From Clostridiales bacterium Firm_08 (lineage in GTDB: Bacteria; Bacillota; Clostridia; Oscillospirales; QAKW01), in the NCBI GenBank assembly GCA_001604045.1, contig LVAN01000022.1:1-64000 (forward strand): a stretch of DNA of 64,000 nucleotides, read 5' to 3'. A model generated the notes under the pieces. That model was not told where the DNA came from. It worked only from the letters and a program-made list of their open reading frames with translations, and did not search any database. Position 1 is the first letter of the stretch. The number at the start of each line of letters is the position of its first letter. Below are positions 47,129 through 59,611 of the stretch, piece by piece. Made by a program: the position numbers and the translations under genes.

Positions 47129-47812
47129 TTATTTTAATATATTACATGGTGAAAAGTCAAGTAAATCCGATGAAACAAGCGAAAAGTTTATTCCGAACAT
47201 TTCTCCCTGCGGCGCGTTCCGCGCGGAAACGCCGTGCAAATGTCCGTAATAGCACTGTTTTACGCCATAGGTTCGCATTATTTCCACAAACGACGTGACA
47301 GTGCGCGCGTCGATCAACGGAGGATAATGCATAAAAACGATCTTTTCCGCCTCCGCCGGTGCGGAGGAGAGAGACATCGTAAGCCGCTGACATTCCCGAA
47401 GGATCAGTCTTTCGTGATCCTGCCCCTCGAACGCCCAGCCGCGGCATCCGCAAAGCGCGATATCCTCGTACATATAGTGATCGTTCTGCAGAAAAAAGAT
47501 ATCGTCGATACCAAGACGCGCCAAATGTTCGCGCATCTTTTTCAGTGTTTGCCACCAGTAATCGTGATTGCCCTTTAAAAGGATCTTTCGCCCGGGCAGG
47601 GCGTGCAGAAACAACATATCCGGTGTAAGTTGCTCCAGATCGATCGCCCAGGAGATATCCCCGCCCAAAACGACGGTATCGGAAGCGCCAATGCTTTCCC
47701 TCCAGGACGTCTCGATCTTTTGCTCATAGTGCCGCCATCTTTCCCCGAACACATCCATCGGTTTATCCGTTCCGCCGGAAAGATGCAGATCCGCTATCGT
47801 CCAAAGTGCCAT
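47129..47812 (-). CDS. Calcineurin-like metallophosphoesterase.
   Basis: DLHLS, GGDIS, GNHD, GHLH motifs. Confidence 0.75.
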   Translation of the reverse strand: MALWTIADLHLSGGTDKPMDVFGERWRHYEQKIETSWRESIGASDTVVLGGDISWAIDLEQLTPDMLFLHALPGRKILLKGNHDYWWQTLKKMREHLARLGIDDIFFLQNDHYMYEDIALCGCRGWAFEGQDHERLILRECQRLTMSLSSAPAEAEKIVFMHYPPLIDARTVTSFVEIMRTYGVKQCYYGHLHGVSARNAPQGEMFGINFSLVSSDLLDFSPCNILK

Positions 47813-47825
47813 CCGGTCACCTCTT

Positions 47826-49304
47826 TTACTTCAAAAACCCGGTCACCTGTTCCAGCATCTGCTGCGGGTCACAGCTTGTATCGAACCGTACGGGTCTGTC
47901 CTTCAGGCCCGCCAGTGATCCCGGGATCGGCAGGCCGCTTTTTTTATGCAGTATATCGAACAGCGCCCATTCATCCTCCGCGGGCTCATCCGGCGCGATC
48001 CCCTCGCAAACACTGTGCGGGAATTTGTAGGGACTTGCTGTGGAGAGGATGACGGTCTTGCCGTCAAGATCCGTCTTATCATACACATGGAGCGCCACCG
48101 CCGTGTGGGGATCCGCCACGTACCCGTATTTTTCATAATACGCGCGGATCGTCTCCACCGTAGCCTCTTCTGTCGTAAAACCGGCAAAGAACTCCCGCTG
48201 GATCCCGATCAGGATATCGTCGTTGACGGTATAACTTCCGTTTTCGGAAAGTTTGCGCATATAGTCCCGAACCAGCTCGTCATCATTCCCGGAAGCCGCG
48301 AACAAAAGACGTTCAAGATTGCTGGAGATCAGAATGTCCATAGACGGGGACATCGTCGTATAAAACTCCCGCTTGCGGTCATAGGTGCCGCTGCGGATAA
48401 AGTCGGTAAGGATCTTATTCTTATTGGACGCGCAAACGAGATGTCCGACCGGAAGCCCCATATGCGCGGCAAGATATCCTGCAAGGATATCTCCGAAGTT
48501 CCCGGTGGGTACGACAAAATTGATCTTGTCCCCCATCCGGATCTCCTCGTTTTTCAGAAGGTCGGCATAGGCGGAGAAATAGTAAACGATCTGCGGCACG
48601 AGCCTGCCCCAGTTGATAGAATTAGCGCTGGAAAAGGTGTATCCCTTTTCGTAAAGTTTCTCCTGCGCCGAACGGTCGGAAAAGATCGCCTTTACGCCCG
48701 TCTGACAGTCATCAAAGTTGCCCTCAACAGCGGCAACGAAGGTATTGTCCCCTTTTTGAGTGACCATCTGCTGTTTTTGCACCCGGCTGACACCGTCTCT
48801 CGGATAAAACACGATGATCTTGGTTCCGTCCACGTCGCAGAAGCCTTCCAGCGCCGCTTTTCCGGTGTCTCCGGAAGTAGCGACAAGGATGACCGCCTGC
48901 TTGTCCGTTCCGTATTTTTTCATGGATCTCGTCAGGAAATGCGGCAGGATCTGAAGCGCCATATCTTTGAAAGCGCAGGTCGGTCCATGCCACAGTTCCA
49001 GCACGAATTCATCGTTATCGATCTTTTTTAGCGGCGCGATATCGGGTGAGGAAAACTTCTCACTTGTATAAGCGCTGTCAACGCAATCATCAAGTTCTTC
49101 CTTTGTAAAATCCGTCAGGAATTTTGAAAGGATCCGCTTGGCGCGTGCGTTGTAGTTTTCATCCGCCATTTTTACGATCTCGTCGCGCGAGACCTGCGGG
49201 ATCTCCTCCGGCCAGAACAAACCGCCGTCACTGCTGAGTCCTTTCAGGATCGCCTCGCCCGACGATATGCTTTTTGTTTTGTCTCTCGTGCTGACGTATT
49301 TCAT
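47826..49304 (-). CDS. thrC: Threonine synthase (long form).
   Basis: PLP-lysine context (PTCAFKD), 492 aa. Confidence 0.85.
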   Translation of the reverse strand: MKYVSTRDKTKSISSGEAILKGLSSDGGLFWPEEIPQVSRDEIVKMADENYNARAKRILSKFLTDFTKEELDDCVDSAYTSEKFSSPDIAPLKKIDNDEFVLELWHGPTCAFKDMALQILPHFLTRSMKKYGTDKQAVILVATSGDTGKAALEGFCDVDGTKIIVFYPRDGVSRVQKQQMVTQKGDNTFVAAVEGNFDDCQTGVKAIFSDRSAQEKLYEKGYTFSSANSINWGRLVPQIVYYFSAYADLLKNEEIRMGDKINFVVPTGNFGDILAGYLAAHMGLPVGHLVCASNKNKILTDFIRSGTYDRKREFYTTMSPSMDILISSNLERLLFAASGNDDELVRDYMRKLSENGSYTVNDDILIGIQREFFAGFTTEEATVETIRAYYEKYGYVADPHTAVALHVYDKTDLDGKTVILSTASPYKFPHSVCEGIAPDEPAEDEWALFDILHKKSGLPIPGSLAGLKDRPVRFDTSCDPQQMLEQVTGFLK

Positions 49305-50236
49305 CGTTTTCCTCCAAATCGCTGTTTCACAAATCTGTTTACATTTCCGAAAAATATCTTTTCCACCGTCTCCTCCGGCATCCCGCCGCGAAGGCAGGCG
49401 TCCCGGATCAAAAGCAGTGAGCCGAGATCCGTTATCCCGGATGGCAATATATCCACGCCGTCAAAGTCACATCCGAAAGCGATGTGATCCTCACCGGCAA
49501 CGGAGATCATAAAATTCATATGGCGAATGATATCGCCGGCGTCCGCTTCCCTCTCCTTTAAAAACGGCGGGTAAAGGTTGATGCCGATCAACCCGCCGCT
49601 TTCCGCGACGCGGCGGATCTGGTCATCCGGCAAATTACGCGGACTGTCGCACAGGCTCCGGGCGTTGGAATGCGTCGCGAGCACCGGACCGGCGCAAATA
49701 TCGAGAATGTCTCTTGTCGTGTTGCGGGAAGCGTGAGAGACGTCGAGCGTCATGCCCCGCTCTTCCGCCGCCGACACAACGGTTCTGCCAAGCGGCGTAA
49801 GCCCGGTATCGGTCACGCTCATCGCGCCGCTGCCGAGGGAGTTGCCATTGTTATAAACGAGAGACAGGATCCGCACGCCCTTTTGATAAAGCGCGTCCAA
49901 AACCGGGCCCGCCTCGTTTTCGTCGGTAAAAACATCGCAGTTCTCCACCGCCAAAATGGCGCGGCATGGCGCGGTCTCATCGATGATATCCGGGGAAAAT
50001 CCGTTTTGCCGCAGCACTTTTCCGCCAAACTCTATAAAATCAAACAAAAAGTCCTTTTTCTGTTTTGTCTTTTCCGGGACGAAAAAGGCAAACGTCTGCA
50101 AATAGTTTGAAAAGACGCGCGCGTTTACCGCGTTGATATGCGTCTGACAGGAAAAGTCCTTGTGGCGGACGAAACACTCAAACAGCGTATCGCAGTGAAG
50201 ATCCGCAAAGGATGTCATAAAATAAAAACACCTCAA
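49301..50236 (-). CDS. Membrane dipeptidase (M19 family). The start is possibly at MTSFADLHCD (50218).
   Basis: HxD (DLHCDT) metal site and M19 fold length. Confidence 0.75.
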   Translation of the reverse strand: MRCFYFMTSFADLHCDTLFECFVRHKDFSCQTHINAVNARVFSNYLQTFAFFVPEKTKQKKDFLFDFIEFGGKVLRQNGFSPDIIDETAPCRAILAVENCDVFTDENEAGPVLDALYQKGVRILSLVYNNGNSLGSGAMSVTDTGLTPLGRTVVSAAEERGMTLDVSHASRNTTRDILDICAGPVLATHSNARSLCDSPRNLPDDQIRRVAESGGLIGINLYPPFLKEREADAGDIIRHMNFMISVAGEDHIAFGCDFDGVDILPSGITDLGSLLLIRDACLRGGMPEETVEKIFFGNVNRFVKQRFGGKR

Positions 50237-50592
50237 TCAAAAGCGCCGGGGATATGGCGGATCCGGACCCGCCGTATCAACCCTCGGCTGAGGATGACCT
50301 CGACCACGTCATACCGGACGCCCGGCTCGTCCTCAAGCCCCGAAAGATAGAACATCGCGGTTTTCTTTATCTTTTCACGTTTGCGGCGGTCGACCGCTTC
50401 GCCGGGTGTGGCGATGGCGTTGTCCGCTCTTGTTTTTACCTCCACGAACACAACGGTGTCCCCATCACGCGCGATCAGATCGATCTCCCCGTAACGGCTG
50501 TGAAAATTCACGTCAAGGACGTCATATCCTTTTTTTCGCAGAAAGCGCGCGGCGACCATCTCACCGTACGCGCCGGTCTGTCTTTTATCCAT
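50233..50592 (-). CDS. yraN: YraN-family (UPF0102) endonuclease.
   Basis: GEMVAARFLRKKGYDVLDVNFHSRYGEIDLIARDGDTVVFVEVKTR. Confidence 0.85.
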   Translation of the reverse strand: MDKRQTGAYGEMVAARFLRKKGYDVLDVNFHSRYGEIDLIARDGDTVVFVEVKTRADNAIATPGEAVDRRKREKIKKTAMFYLSGLEDEPGVRYDVVEVILSRGLIRRVRIRHIPGAFD

Positions 50593-50596
50593 AGGA

Positions 50597-51196
50597 TCAC
50601 CCGAGAACTTTTTTTAAAAAGGTCTTACGATAGATCTCACACGCGCCGTACCTGTTCAAAAGTTCCTTGTGAAGTTTTGTACAGTATCCTTTATGCTTTG
50701 CCAGGGCGTACTGCGGATATTTCGCGTCAAGTTCCAGAATGAACCGATCTCTCGACACTTTCGCGAGTACGGAAGCCGCGGCGATAGACGGACTGATCCC
50801 GTCGCCGCCGATCACAGCGCGGTTCGGTATCTCAAACCCCCGTGATACATTGCCGTCGATCAGCACAAAATCCGGCGCGGGATCCAGCATCTCCACGGCG
50901 CGGCGCATCGCGAGCTGCGACGCGTTGAGAATATTCATTTCGTCGATCTCCTCAACATCGGAAAACGCGATACCGTATGCCACGGCATTTTTTATGATAT
51001 CCTCAAAAAGCGCTTCACGGACCGCCGGCGAGATCTTTTTGGAATCGTTGAGTTTCGGATGCGTATACCCCTCCGGCAGGATGACCGCCGCCGCGTATAC
51101 AGGACCGCACAGACATCCTCTGCCCGCCTCGTCCGTACCGCAAACCAGCGTGTAGCCCTCCCGTTTCAGTTGATCCTCAAGTTGGTATTCAAGCAT
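50597..51196 (-). CDS. rnhB: Ribonuclease HII. The start is chosen at MLEYQ (51196) to avoid a 59-nt overlap with rbgA; the ORF extends to 51247.
   Basis: GTDEAGRGCLCGPV, DSKK motifs. Confidence 0.85.
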   Translation of the reverse strand: MLEYQLEDQLKREGYTLVCGTDEAGRGCLCGPVYAAAVILPEGYTHPKLNDSKKISPAVREALFEDIIKNAVAYGIAFSDVEEIDEMNILNASQLAMRRAVEMLDPAPDFVLIDGNVSRGFEIPNRAVIGGDGISPSIAAASVLAKVSRDRFILELDAKYPQYALAKHKGYCTKLHKELLNRYGACEIYRKTFLKKVLG

Positions 51197-52055
51197 TCGG
51201 CGGCTCCTCAAATGAGATCTTTCCGATCTTTCCGGCGCGGAATTCATCTAAAATAACAGCGGCGGCTCTTTCATAGTCATATTCTCCGCCCGAGATCAGA
51301 AAGCCTCTCTTTCGGCATATCATATCATACGCTTCAAGAGGCGAAACGTCTTCGATCTCCTCTGAGATCTTATATCTCTCCTTAAGATTTTGCGGATACG
51401 CCTTCTGCATAAACCGCAGAAATTCAAGACAAAGTTCCGTCTTATCCAGTATATCATCATTGATCGCGCCGGTAAACGCCAAAAACATCCCGGTCCGCGC
51501 GTCCTCGAACTTCGGCCAGAGCATACCCGGCGTATCCAAAAGATCGACGCCCTGCGAAAGCGATACCCATTGTTTCGCGCGGGTCACGCCGGGACGGTCC
51601 TGCGCCGCGGCGACTTTGCGTCCCGCAAGCCGGTTGATAAAAGTGGATTTCCCGACATTCGGGATACCCGTCACCATCACGCGCACCGTTTTCGAGATGC
51701 CTCGGGAGCGGTACCTTTCGATCTTATCTGCAAGCAACTCTCGTATAGCGGGCAGCACGGTCTGCAAACCCTCTCCCGTCACGCAGTTGATGGACAATAT
51801 TTTTTCACCCTGCGCTTTATACGCCGCCAGCCACTTTTGCGTCACAGACGGCAACGCAAGATCCGATTTGTTCAATATAAACAATCTCTTTTTCTGCGCG
51901 AACAGATCTTCAAAGTCAGGATTGCGGCTGCTCTGAACGATCCTGGCATCCAGCAGATGGATCACCGCGTCGATCCCGGAAAGTTCCTTTTCCATCATCC
52001 GCCGCGTTTTGGTCATATGCCCGGGATACCACTGGATCGTGAGATTATTTTCCAT
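51189..52055 (-). CDS. rbgA: Ribosome biogenesis GTPase A (YlqF).
   Basis: Circularly permuted GTPase (NKSDL before GIPNVGKST). Confidence 0.88.
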   Translation of the reverse strand: MENNLTIQWYPGHMTKTRRMMEKELSGIDAVIHLLDARIVQSSRNPDFEDLFAQKKRLFILNKSDLALPSVTQKWLAAYKAQGEKILSINCVTGEGLQTVLPAIRELLADKIERYRSRGISKTVRVMVTGIPNVGKSTFINRLAGRKVAAAQDRPGVTRAKQWVSLSQGVDLLDTPGMLWPKFEDARTGMFLAFTGAINDDILDKTELCLEFLRFMQKAYPQNLKERYKISEEIEDVSPLEAYDMICRKRGFLISGGEYDYERAAAVILDEFRAGKIGKISFEEPPNA

Positions 52056-52596
52056 CCCCGATCACTCCGGTGTTCGGAAAAATGCGGAACAAAGCTTTGC
52101 CGAGAACTTTTCTCATATCCGCCGTCCCCACTCTGTTCGAACGGCTGTCAAGGGACACCTCGCGGTTGTCGCCCATCACAAACAGTTCCCCTTCCTTGAC
52201 GGTATACGGCAGCGCCGCGTCACGTATATACGTCTTTGTCCCTTCGTCAAGATAAGGCTCTCGCAAAACCGCGCCGTTCAGCACGACCTGCCCCTCATCG
52301 TTGATATCTATCGTCTGTCCGGGTGTCGCGATCACGCGTTTGACCAAAACTTCACCATCGTTGTACTGACCGGAAAATACGATGATATCCCCCGTTTTCG
52401 GGCTAAAAAACAGATTGGATACAACGATACGGTCACCGCTTTCCAGTGTGGAGAGCATACTCGGACCGCTGACGATGAATATCCTGAAGATCAAAGTAAA
52501 AACAAGGACGACCACGACAACGGCAATGGCGAAGGACTCAAGAAATTCAAACAGGTTTTGTCCGAAGTTCAGTTTTTTTACAGGTGTTTTTGTCAT
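52045..52596 (-). CDS. lepB: Signal peptidase I.
   Basis: SGPSM catalytic Ser box, K-box, GDNR box. Confidence 0.85.
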   Translation of the reverse strand: MTKTPVKKLNFGQNLFEFLESFAIAVVVVVLVFTLIFRIFIVSGPSMLSTLESGDRIVVSNLFFSPKTGDIIVFSGQYNDGEVLVKRVIATPGQTIDINDEGQVVLNGAVLREPYLDEGTKTYIRDAALPYTVKEGELFVMGDNREVSLDSRSNRVGTADMRKVLGKALFRIFPNTGVIGDGK

Positions 52597-52607
52597 AAAG
52601 ATCCTCC

Positions 52608-53264
52608 TTATCGTTCAAGATCTTCCGCTATTCTTTTCAGCGTGTTGCGGCATTGCGCGATCTGCAGAAAACGGGTATCTTTTTCCTCAATGCCCCTTGT
52701 TGTCCGCATACCGAAATAAAAATGCTGTGAGGTCTTTTCATAGGCGGTAAGATCGTCAAAAAAACCGGCGCTTGTCGCGTCAAACCGATCATCAGAAAGA
52801 AAGGCGGAGGAGGACAGATCACTGATATCGGAAAAAACGTCTGTTTCGGTATTTTTCAACGCTTTATAATTCGCGTCATCGAACACATAAAACAGCGCGG
52901 GGCCGGACGCCACGTGGCTCACAAGCCGCGCCAGCGCCGATTCCTGCGTCTGATCGGTGCGCGCGAGCACCTCCGAAAACGAGATGGTGATCACCTGAAC
53001 ACGTTTTTCTCCGTCGCCGTCGATGTCGTCGATATAGTTTTTCAGCTTATCCCCGAGCTCATCTGTCTGGTTTTTTGAATAAGGACCGCTGACAACGTAC
53101 AAAACGTAAAGATCCACACTTTCTTTTTTTACACAACTGTGGATCGCCACGACAAAAGCACAGAGGATCAGAAAGACCGTCAGCACCTTCCATTTATGAT
53201 AAAACCAGAAGTTTTCCAGCCGCAGACGCGGCGTCTGTTGTTGTCTTGATTCGTATTTTTCCAT
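52608..53264 (-). CDS. Signal-anchored hypothetical protein.
   Basis: N-terminal TM, an extracytoplasmic acidic domain, no recognisable motif. Confidence 0.45.
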   Translation of the reverse strand: MEKYESRQQQTPRLRLENFWFYHKWKVLTVFLILCAFVVAIHSCVKKESVDLYVLYVVSGPYSKNQTDELGDKLKNYIDDIDGDGEKRVQVITISFSEVLARTDQTQESALARLVSHVASGPALFYVFDDANYKALKNTETDVFSDISDLSSSAFLSDDRFDATSAGFFDDLTAYEKTSQHFYFGMRTTRGIEEKDTRFLQIAQCRNTLKRIAEDLER

Positions 53265-53268
53265 TCTT

Positions 53269-55597
<2,329 letters not shown>

Positions 55598-56077
55598 TTA
55601 CTTCGCGATCTTGACGATCTTATATTGAATGATCCCAACCGGTGCGTCTACATCGATGATATCTCCCTCATGTTTGCCGATCAGCGCAACGCCGAGAGGA
55701 CAATCATCCGATATTTTATTTTCGGTCGGCGCCGCCTCGATGGAACTCACCACCTCATAGGTGACCTCTTCCTCAAGTTCCAGATCAAGCACGGTCACTT
55801 TACTGCCGAGTTTGACAGTAGCCGATTTTCTGCCTTTTTTCGGCTCCTCGACAACGACGACGTTTTTCAGCGTCACTTCAAGATCGGCGATCCTTGCCTC
55901 CACCATCGCCTGCTCGTCCTTTGCCTCGTCGTATTCGCTGTTTTCCGAAAGATCTCCATAGGAACGCGCGGTTTTGATCTTCTCCGCGATCTCCATACGG
56001 ACACGGCTTTTCAGATCCTGAAGTTCCTGCTCCAGTTTAGCCTTACCCTCGATCGTCAAGGTGATTGTCTTTGCCAT
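55598..56077 (-). CDS. greA: Transcription elongation factor GreA. Start at MAKTITLT (56077).
   Basis: Coiled-coil N-domain with YGDLSENSEYD, and a C-terminal FKBP-like domain. Confidence 0.9.
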   Translation of the reverse strand: MAKTITLTIEGKAKLEQELQDLKSRVRMEIAEKIKTARSYGDLSENSEYDEAKDEQAMVEARIADLEVTLKNVVVVEEPKKGRKSATVKLGSKVTVLDLELEEEVTYEVVSSIEAAPTENKISDDCPLGVALIGKHEGDIIDVDAPVGIIQYKIVKIAK

Positions 56078-56129
56078 AATCACTATCTCCCTTATACGCG
56101 TCATAGCGTATTTTTCGTATCGATAAAAT

Positions 56130-56167
56130 TTCGCAAAGCGACCTTGGTCTCCAAAGTCGCTTTGCGG
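56130..56167 (-). terminator. Terminator hairpin downstream of tsf.
   Basis: cgcaaagcgaccttggtctccaaagtcgctttgcg. Confidence 0.6.
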
Positions 56168-56173
56168 TAAAAA

Positions 56174-57079
56174 CTATTTCGCCATATTGGCAACTTCCTC
56201 AGCGAAGTTATCCTCTCTCTTTTGAAGTCCCTCGCCCTTTTTATAACTGACGAATTTGGCGATGCTGATATCCGCGCCGATGGATTTGACATACTGCTCG
56301 ACTGTCTTGTCGGAATCCTTGACATATTCCTGTTTCAGCAGGCAGTTCTCTTTGTAGTATTTGTTGATCTTTCCGTTGACCATTTTTTCAATGACCTGAT
56401 CGGGTTTGTTTGCGGTCTTGGGATCGTTTTTGATCTGCGCGAGCAGGATCTGTTTTTCACTTTCGATCACATCCGCCGGAACGTCCGCTTCGGAAAGATA
56501 GGAAGGCGTCATCGCGACGATCTGCATACCGATGTTTTTGCCCATTTCAGCGATCTCATCACTGAACGCGGGCGCGTCGATCAGGATCAGCGCGGCATCC
56601 GTCCCGCCGCCGTGCACATAAGAAGCGCAAATGCCTTCCAGACGTTCAAAGCGACGGATCGTCATTTTTTCACCGATGGTGAGGATCTTTTCGGTCAGCG
56701 TTTCCACGACGGTAAATTCCGTATCCCCGAATTTGCAGGCAAGCAACGCCTCCACATCCGCCGGAGCGTAGTCGGCGACCGCTTTCGCCGCGCCGTTTAC
56801 GAACTCGCGGAATTTCTCGTTTTTCGCGACAAAGTCCGTCTCGCTGTTGACCTCGATGATGACGCCGATCTTTTTATCGGCATCAACGTATGTTGTCACC
56901 ATGCCTTCCGCGGCGATACGGCCGGATTTTTTCTCCGCCGCCGCGAGTCCTTTTTCCCTCAGAAGTTCGATCGCGCGGGCTTCGTCTCCGTCCGCCTCCG
57001 TCAATGCTCTTTTACAGTCCATCATACCGCAGCCGGTCTTTTCACGAAGCGCGGCTACGTCTTTCGCAGTAAATGCCAT
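56174..57079 (-). CDS. tsf: Elongation factor Ts.
   Basis: UBA-like N-terminus (LREKTGCGMMDCKRAL) and duplicated EF-Ts core. Confidence 0.92.
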   Translation of the reverse strand: MAFTAKDVAALREKTGCGMMDCKRALTEADGDEARAIELLREKGLAAAEKKSGRIAAEGMVTTYVDADKKIGVIIEVNSETDFVAKNEKFREFVNGAAKAVADYAPADVEALLACKFGDTEFTVVETLTEKILTIGEKMTIRRFERLEGICASYVHGGGTDAALILIDAPAFSDEIAEMGKNIGMQIVAMTPSYLSEADVPADVIESEKQILLAQIKNDPKTANKPDQVIEKMVNGKINKYYKENCLLKQEYVKDSDKTVEQYVKSIGADISIAKFVSYKKGEGLQKREDNFAEEVANMAK

Positions 57080-57096
57080 TGTGTCCTTCCTCCTGT

Positions 57097-57828
57097 TTAT
57101 TCAGCGGCAGGGGCGTCTTCCGCCTCGGCCGTGTCTTCGATCTGTTCGCCCTGTTTGCCTTCCAGCACGGCGCTCGCCATCGTTTCCGTGATCAGTTTGA
57201 CCGCACGGATCGCGTCGTCATTGCCCGGGATGGGATAGTCGATCTCATCAGGATCGCAGTTGGTGTCGACGATCGCGACAACGGGGATGCCGAGGATGCG
57301 CGCCTCGGAGATCGCGATCTTTTCCTTACGCGGATCGACCACGAACATGGCGGCGGGCACTTTGTTCATCTCTTTGATGCCGCCGTAGTTTTTCTCTAAG
57401 ATCTCCTGCTCATGTTTGAGTTTCTGGACCTCTTTTTTCGGCAGCAGATCAAAGGTGCCGTCCTCGCTCATTTTCTCGATCTGTTTGAGCCGCTGGATGC
57501 TCTTGCGAATGGTCTTGAAGTTGGTCAGCATACCGCCCGGCCATCTGACGCTGCAATAGAATTGTCCGCAGCGCTGCGCCTCATCGCGGATGGAATCCTG
57601 CGCCTGTTTTTTCGTACCTACGAAAAGGATCTCGCCGTCTTCGGCGGCGACGCTTTTCACGAACTCATACGCCTCTTCAACCTTTTTAACGGTCTTCTGA
57701 AGGTCGATGATGTAGATACCGTTTCTTTCCGTAAAGATGTACTCCGCCATTTTGGGGTTCCATCTTTTCGTCTGATGTCCGAAATGGACACCCGCTTCCA
57801 AGAGCTGTTTCATTGAGATTACCGACAT
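57097..57828 (-). CDS. rpsB: 30S ribosomal protein S2. Start at [19 protein letters not shown] (57828), RBS AAAGGAGG.
   Basis: Canonical S2 N-terminus. The ORF has an upstream in-frame extension to 57885. Confidence 0.92.
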   Translation of the reverse strand: MSVISMKQLLEAGVHFGHQTKRWNPKMAEYIFTERNGIYIIDLQKTVKKVEEAYEFVKSVAAEDGEILFVGTKKQAQDSIRDEAQRCGQFYCSVRWPGGMLTNFKTIRKSIQRLKQIEKMSEDGTFDLLPKKEVQKLKHEQEILEKNYGGIKEMNKVPAAMFVVDPRKEKIAISEARILGIPVVAIVDTNCDPDEIDYPIPGNDDAIRAVKLITETMASAVLEGKQGEQIEDTAEAEDAPAAE

Positions 57829-57939
57829 TTGTTTGTCCTCCTTTAAAGTTTTCATACCTCCGCACGCCCGGTCGGAACACCGCAACTGACAAGCAGCAAC
57901 TACGGGTCATAGGCATACGTGTGTATTTTACAAAGATAG

Positions 57940-57968
57940 ATTATATCACGCCGTTTTTGAATTTGCAA
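57940..57968 (-). promoter_or_regulatory. Consensus sigma-A promoter for rpsB-tsf (TTGCAA-17-TATAAT on the minus strand).
   Basis: Minus-strand TTGCAA (57963-57968), a 17-nt spacer, TATAAT (57940-57945). Confidence 0.65.
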
Positions 57969-58043
57969 GACTTTTTTATAATTTTATTATTTTTATATAA
58001 TGGAGCCGCATCTTTTGGATGCGGCTCCGCCTTGCTTTTTGTC

Positions 58044-58757
58044 TTATTCGCTTTCCTGTTCGCTTTCCGGTTCGTCTGCCGGCTCCTGCGGCGCCTCATC
58101 GCTTGTCGATGACGCGAATAACCGCGTCGCGTCCTCAATGCTCTTTTGGATCGTTGCCAGCCGCAGGTCAAAGACGTTCAACGCCGCCGCGGCGTCATCC
58201 AGGTTTTTCTGAATATCGCTTTTGGTCGCGCCGATGTTCTGTTTGAGCACGCCAAATCCCGCTGTGAAATCCTCAAATTGGAGTTTTGCTTTCAAGCGAA
58301 TATTTTCCGCTTCACTGTTCGCCTCATTTAAGATCTCGTCCGCTTTTTTTCGCGCGTCGATCAAAAGAGAGGTCAGCGTATCCTTGTATTGGTCATATTC
58401 TCTCGCCTTTTCCCGCAGTTCGGAAAGCGAGCCGTCCTCGGACTGTTCCGTTTTTTCCGTTTGCAGCCGCAGGATCTCCCCGTCCTTTTCCGCAAGCGCC
58501 GCATCAAATTCCTTCCGAAGTTCTTGCTCGATCTCCTCACGAATTTCCTTACGAAGGGCGGCGAGTTGTTGTTCTGTCGGCGCGGCGCCCTTCTCGCGAA
58601 GCGCGGCAAGATCCTCCTGCACACGGGCGCACTCATCCTTGGCGCGCTGCGCCTCTTTTTCAAGCGCGTGCATCTGCCAGTTCATCTCATCAACGTATGC
58701 CAGGACCTCGTCTTTTTTATAGCCCTTCATAACGGTTTTGAAAATCTCGCTTGCCAT
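58044..58757 (-). CDS. DivIVA-domain protein with a long coiled-coil and an acidic tail. Start at MASEIFKT (58757), RBS GGGAGG.
   Basis: DivIVA N-terminal signature FKTVMKGYKKDEVLAYVDE. Confidence 0.8.
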   Translation of the reverse strand: MASEIFKTVMKGYKKDEVLAYVDEMNWQMHALEKEAQRAKDECARVQEDLAALREKGAAPTEQQLAALRKEIREEIEQELRKEFDAALAEKDGEILRLQTEKTEQSEDGSLSELREKAREYDQYKDTLTSLLIDARKKADEILNEANSEAENIRLKAKLQFEDFTAGFGVLKQNIGATKSDIQKNLDDAAAALNVFDLRLATIQKSIEDATRLFASSTSDEAPQEPADEPESEQESE

Positions 58758-58837
58758 AACATCCTCCCGATTTAAAGATATAATATCCATTATATCGGTA
58801 TTATATCACCTATTGCTGACAAATGCAATATTTTTCT

Positions 58838-59611
58838 CTAATTTCCGCGTTCGATGCTGATCTCGTTGAAGGTATCCAAAAGGTCGTCCATTTTAGTGCG
58901 GCGTTTTTCCTCGCCGTTTTTATCGAGGATGATGGTCCCCTCATGCATCATCACAAGCCGCTCGCCGTATGCGAGCGCATAACGAAGGTTATGCGTCACC
59001 ATCAACGTTGTTAAATTCCTCTGCCGCACGAGTTTTTCCGTCAGGTGCATGATGATCTCGCCGGATCGCGGATCCAGCGCCGCGGTGTGCTCGTCCAGGA
59101 TCAGAAGTTCGATATCGCTCATATTGGCGATCACCAGCGCAAGCGCCTGCCGCTGACCGCCGGACAAACTGCCCACCTTGACGTTCATACGATTTTCAAG
59201 ACCCATGTCACAGGTTTCCAAAAGCGAACGGTATCGGTCGATGTGCCGCCGGTTGACACCGACCCCGAGTCCGTATCGGCCGTGCTTATGATCGGCAAGC
59301 GCCATATTTTCAAGAATGGTCAGATCCGAGCAGGTGCCCGCCTTCGGGTCCTGAAATACCCGGCCGATATACCGCGCGCGTTTATACTCGGAAAGTCTGG
59401 TGATATCTCTGCCTTTAAACAAGACCGCCCCTTCATCCGGATAGGCGGAGCCGCAGATCAGATTGAGAAGCGTAGTCTTGCCGCTGCCATTGGAGCCGAT
59501 GATCGAGACAAAATCGCCCTCCCGCATCGTAAAATCAAAATGATCAAATAAAACCGTTTCATCCGGCGTTCCGATATTGAAGATTTTTTTTATGTTTTTC
59601 AGTTCAAGCAT
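58838..59611 (-). CDS. ABC transporter ATP-binding protein (TrpZ-like). Start at MLELKNIKK (59611).
   Basis: Walker A GSNGSGKTT, signature LSGGQRQALAL, Walker B LILDEHTAALD. Confidence 0.85.
   Translation of the reverse strand: MLELKNIKKIFNIGTPDETVLFDHFDFTMREGDFVSIIGSNGSGKTTLLNLICGSAYPDEGAVLFKGRDITRLSEYKRARYIGRVFQDPKAGTCSDLTILENMALADHKHGRYGLGVGVNRRHIDRYRSLLETCDMGLENRMNVKVGSLSGGQRQALALVIANMSDIELLILDEHTAALDPRSGEIIMHLTEKLVRQRNLTTLMVTHNLRYALAYGERLVMMHEGTIILDKNGEEKRRTKMDDLLDTFNEISIERGN

Noticed and set aside
51189-51247. 59-nt overlap between rnhB and rbgA as a possible programmed frameshift or fusion
   Set aside because: An internal ATG (MLEYQ) with a conventional 8-nt overlap explains it more simply. 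The N-terminal extension of rnhB in the ORF track is likely an artefact.
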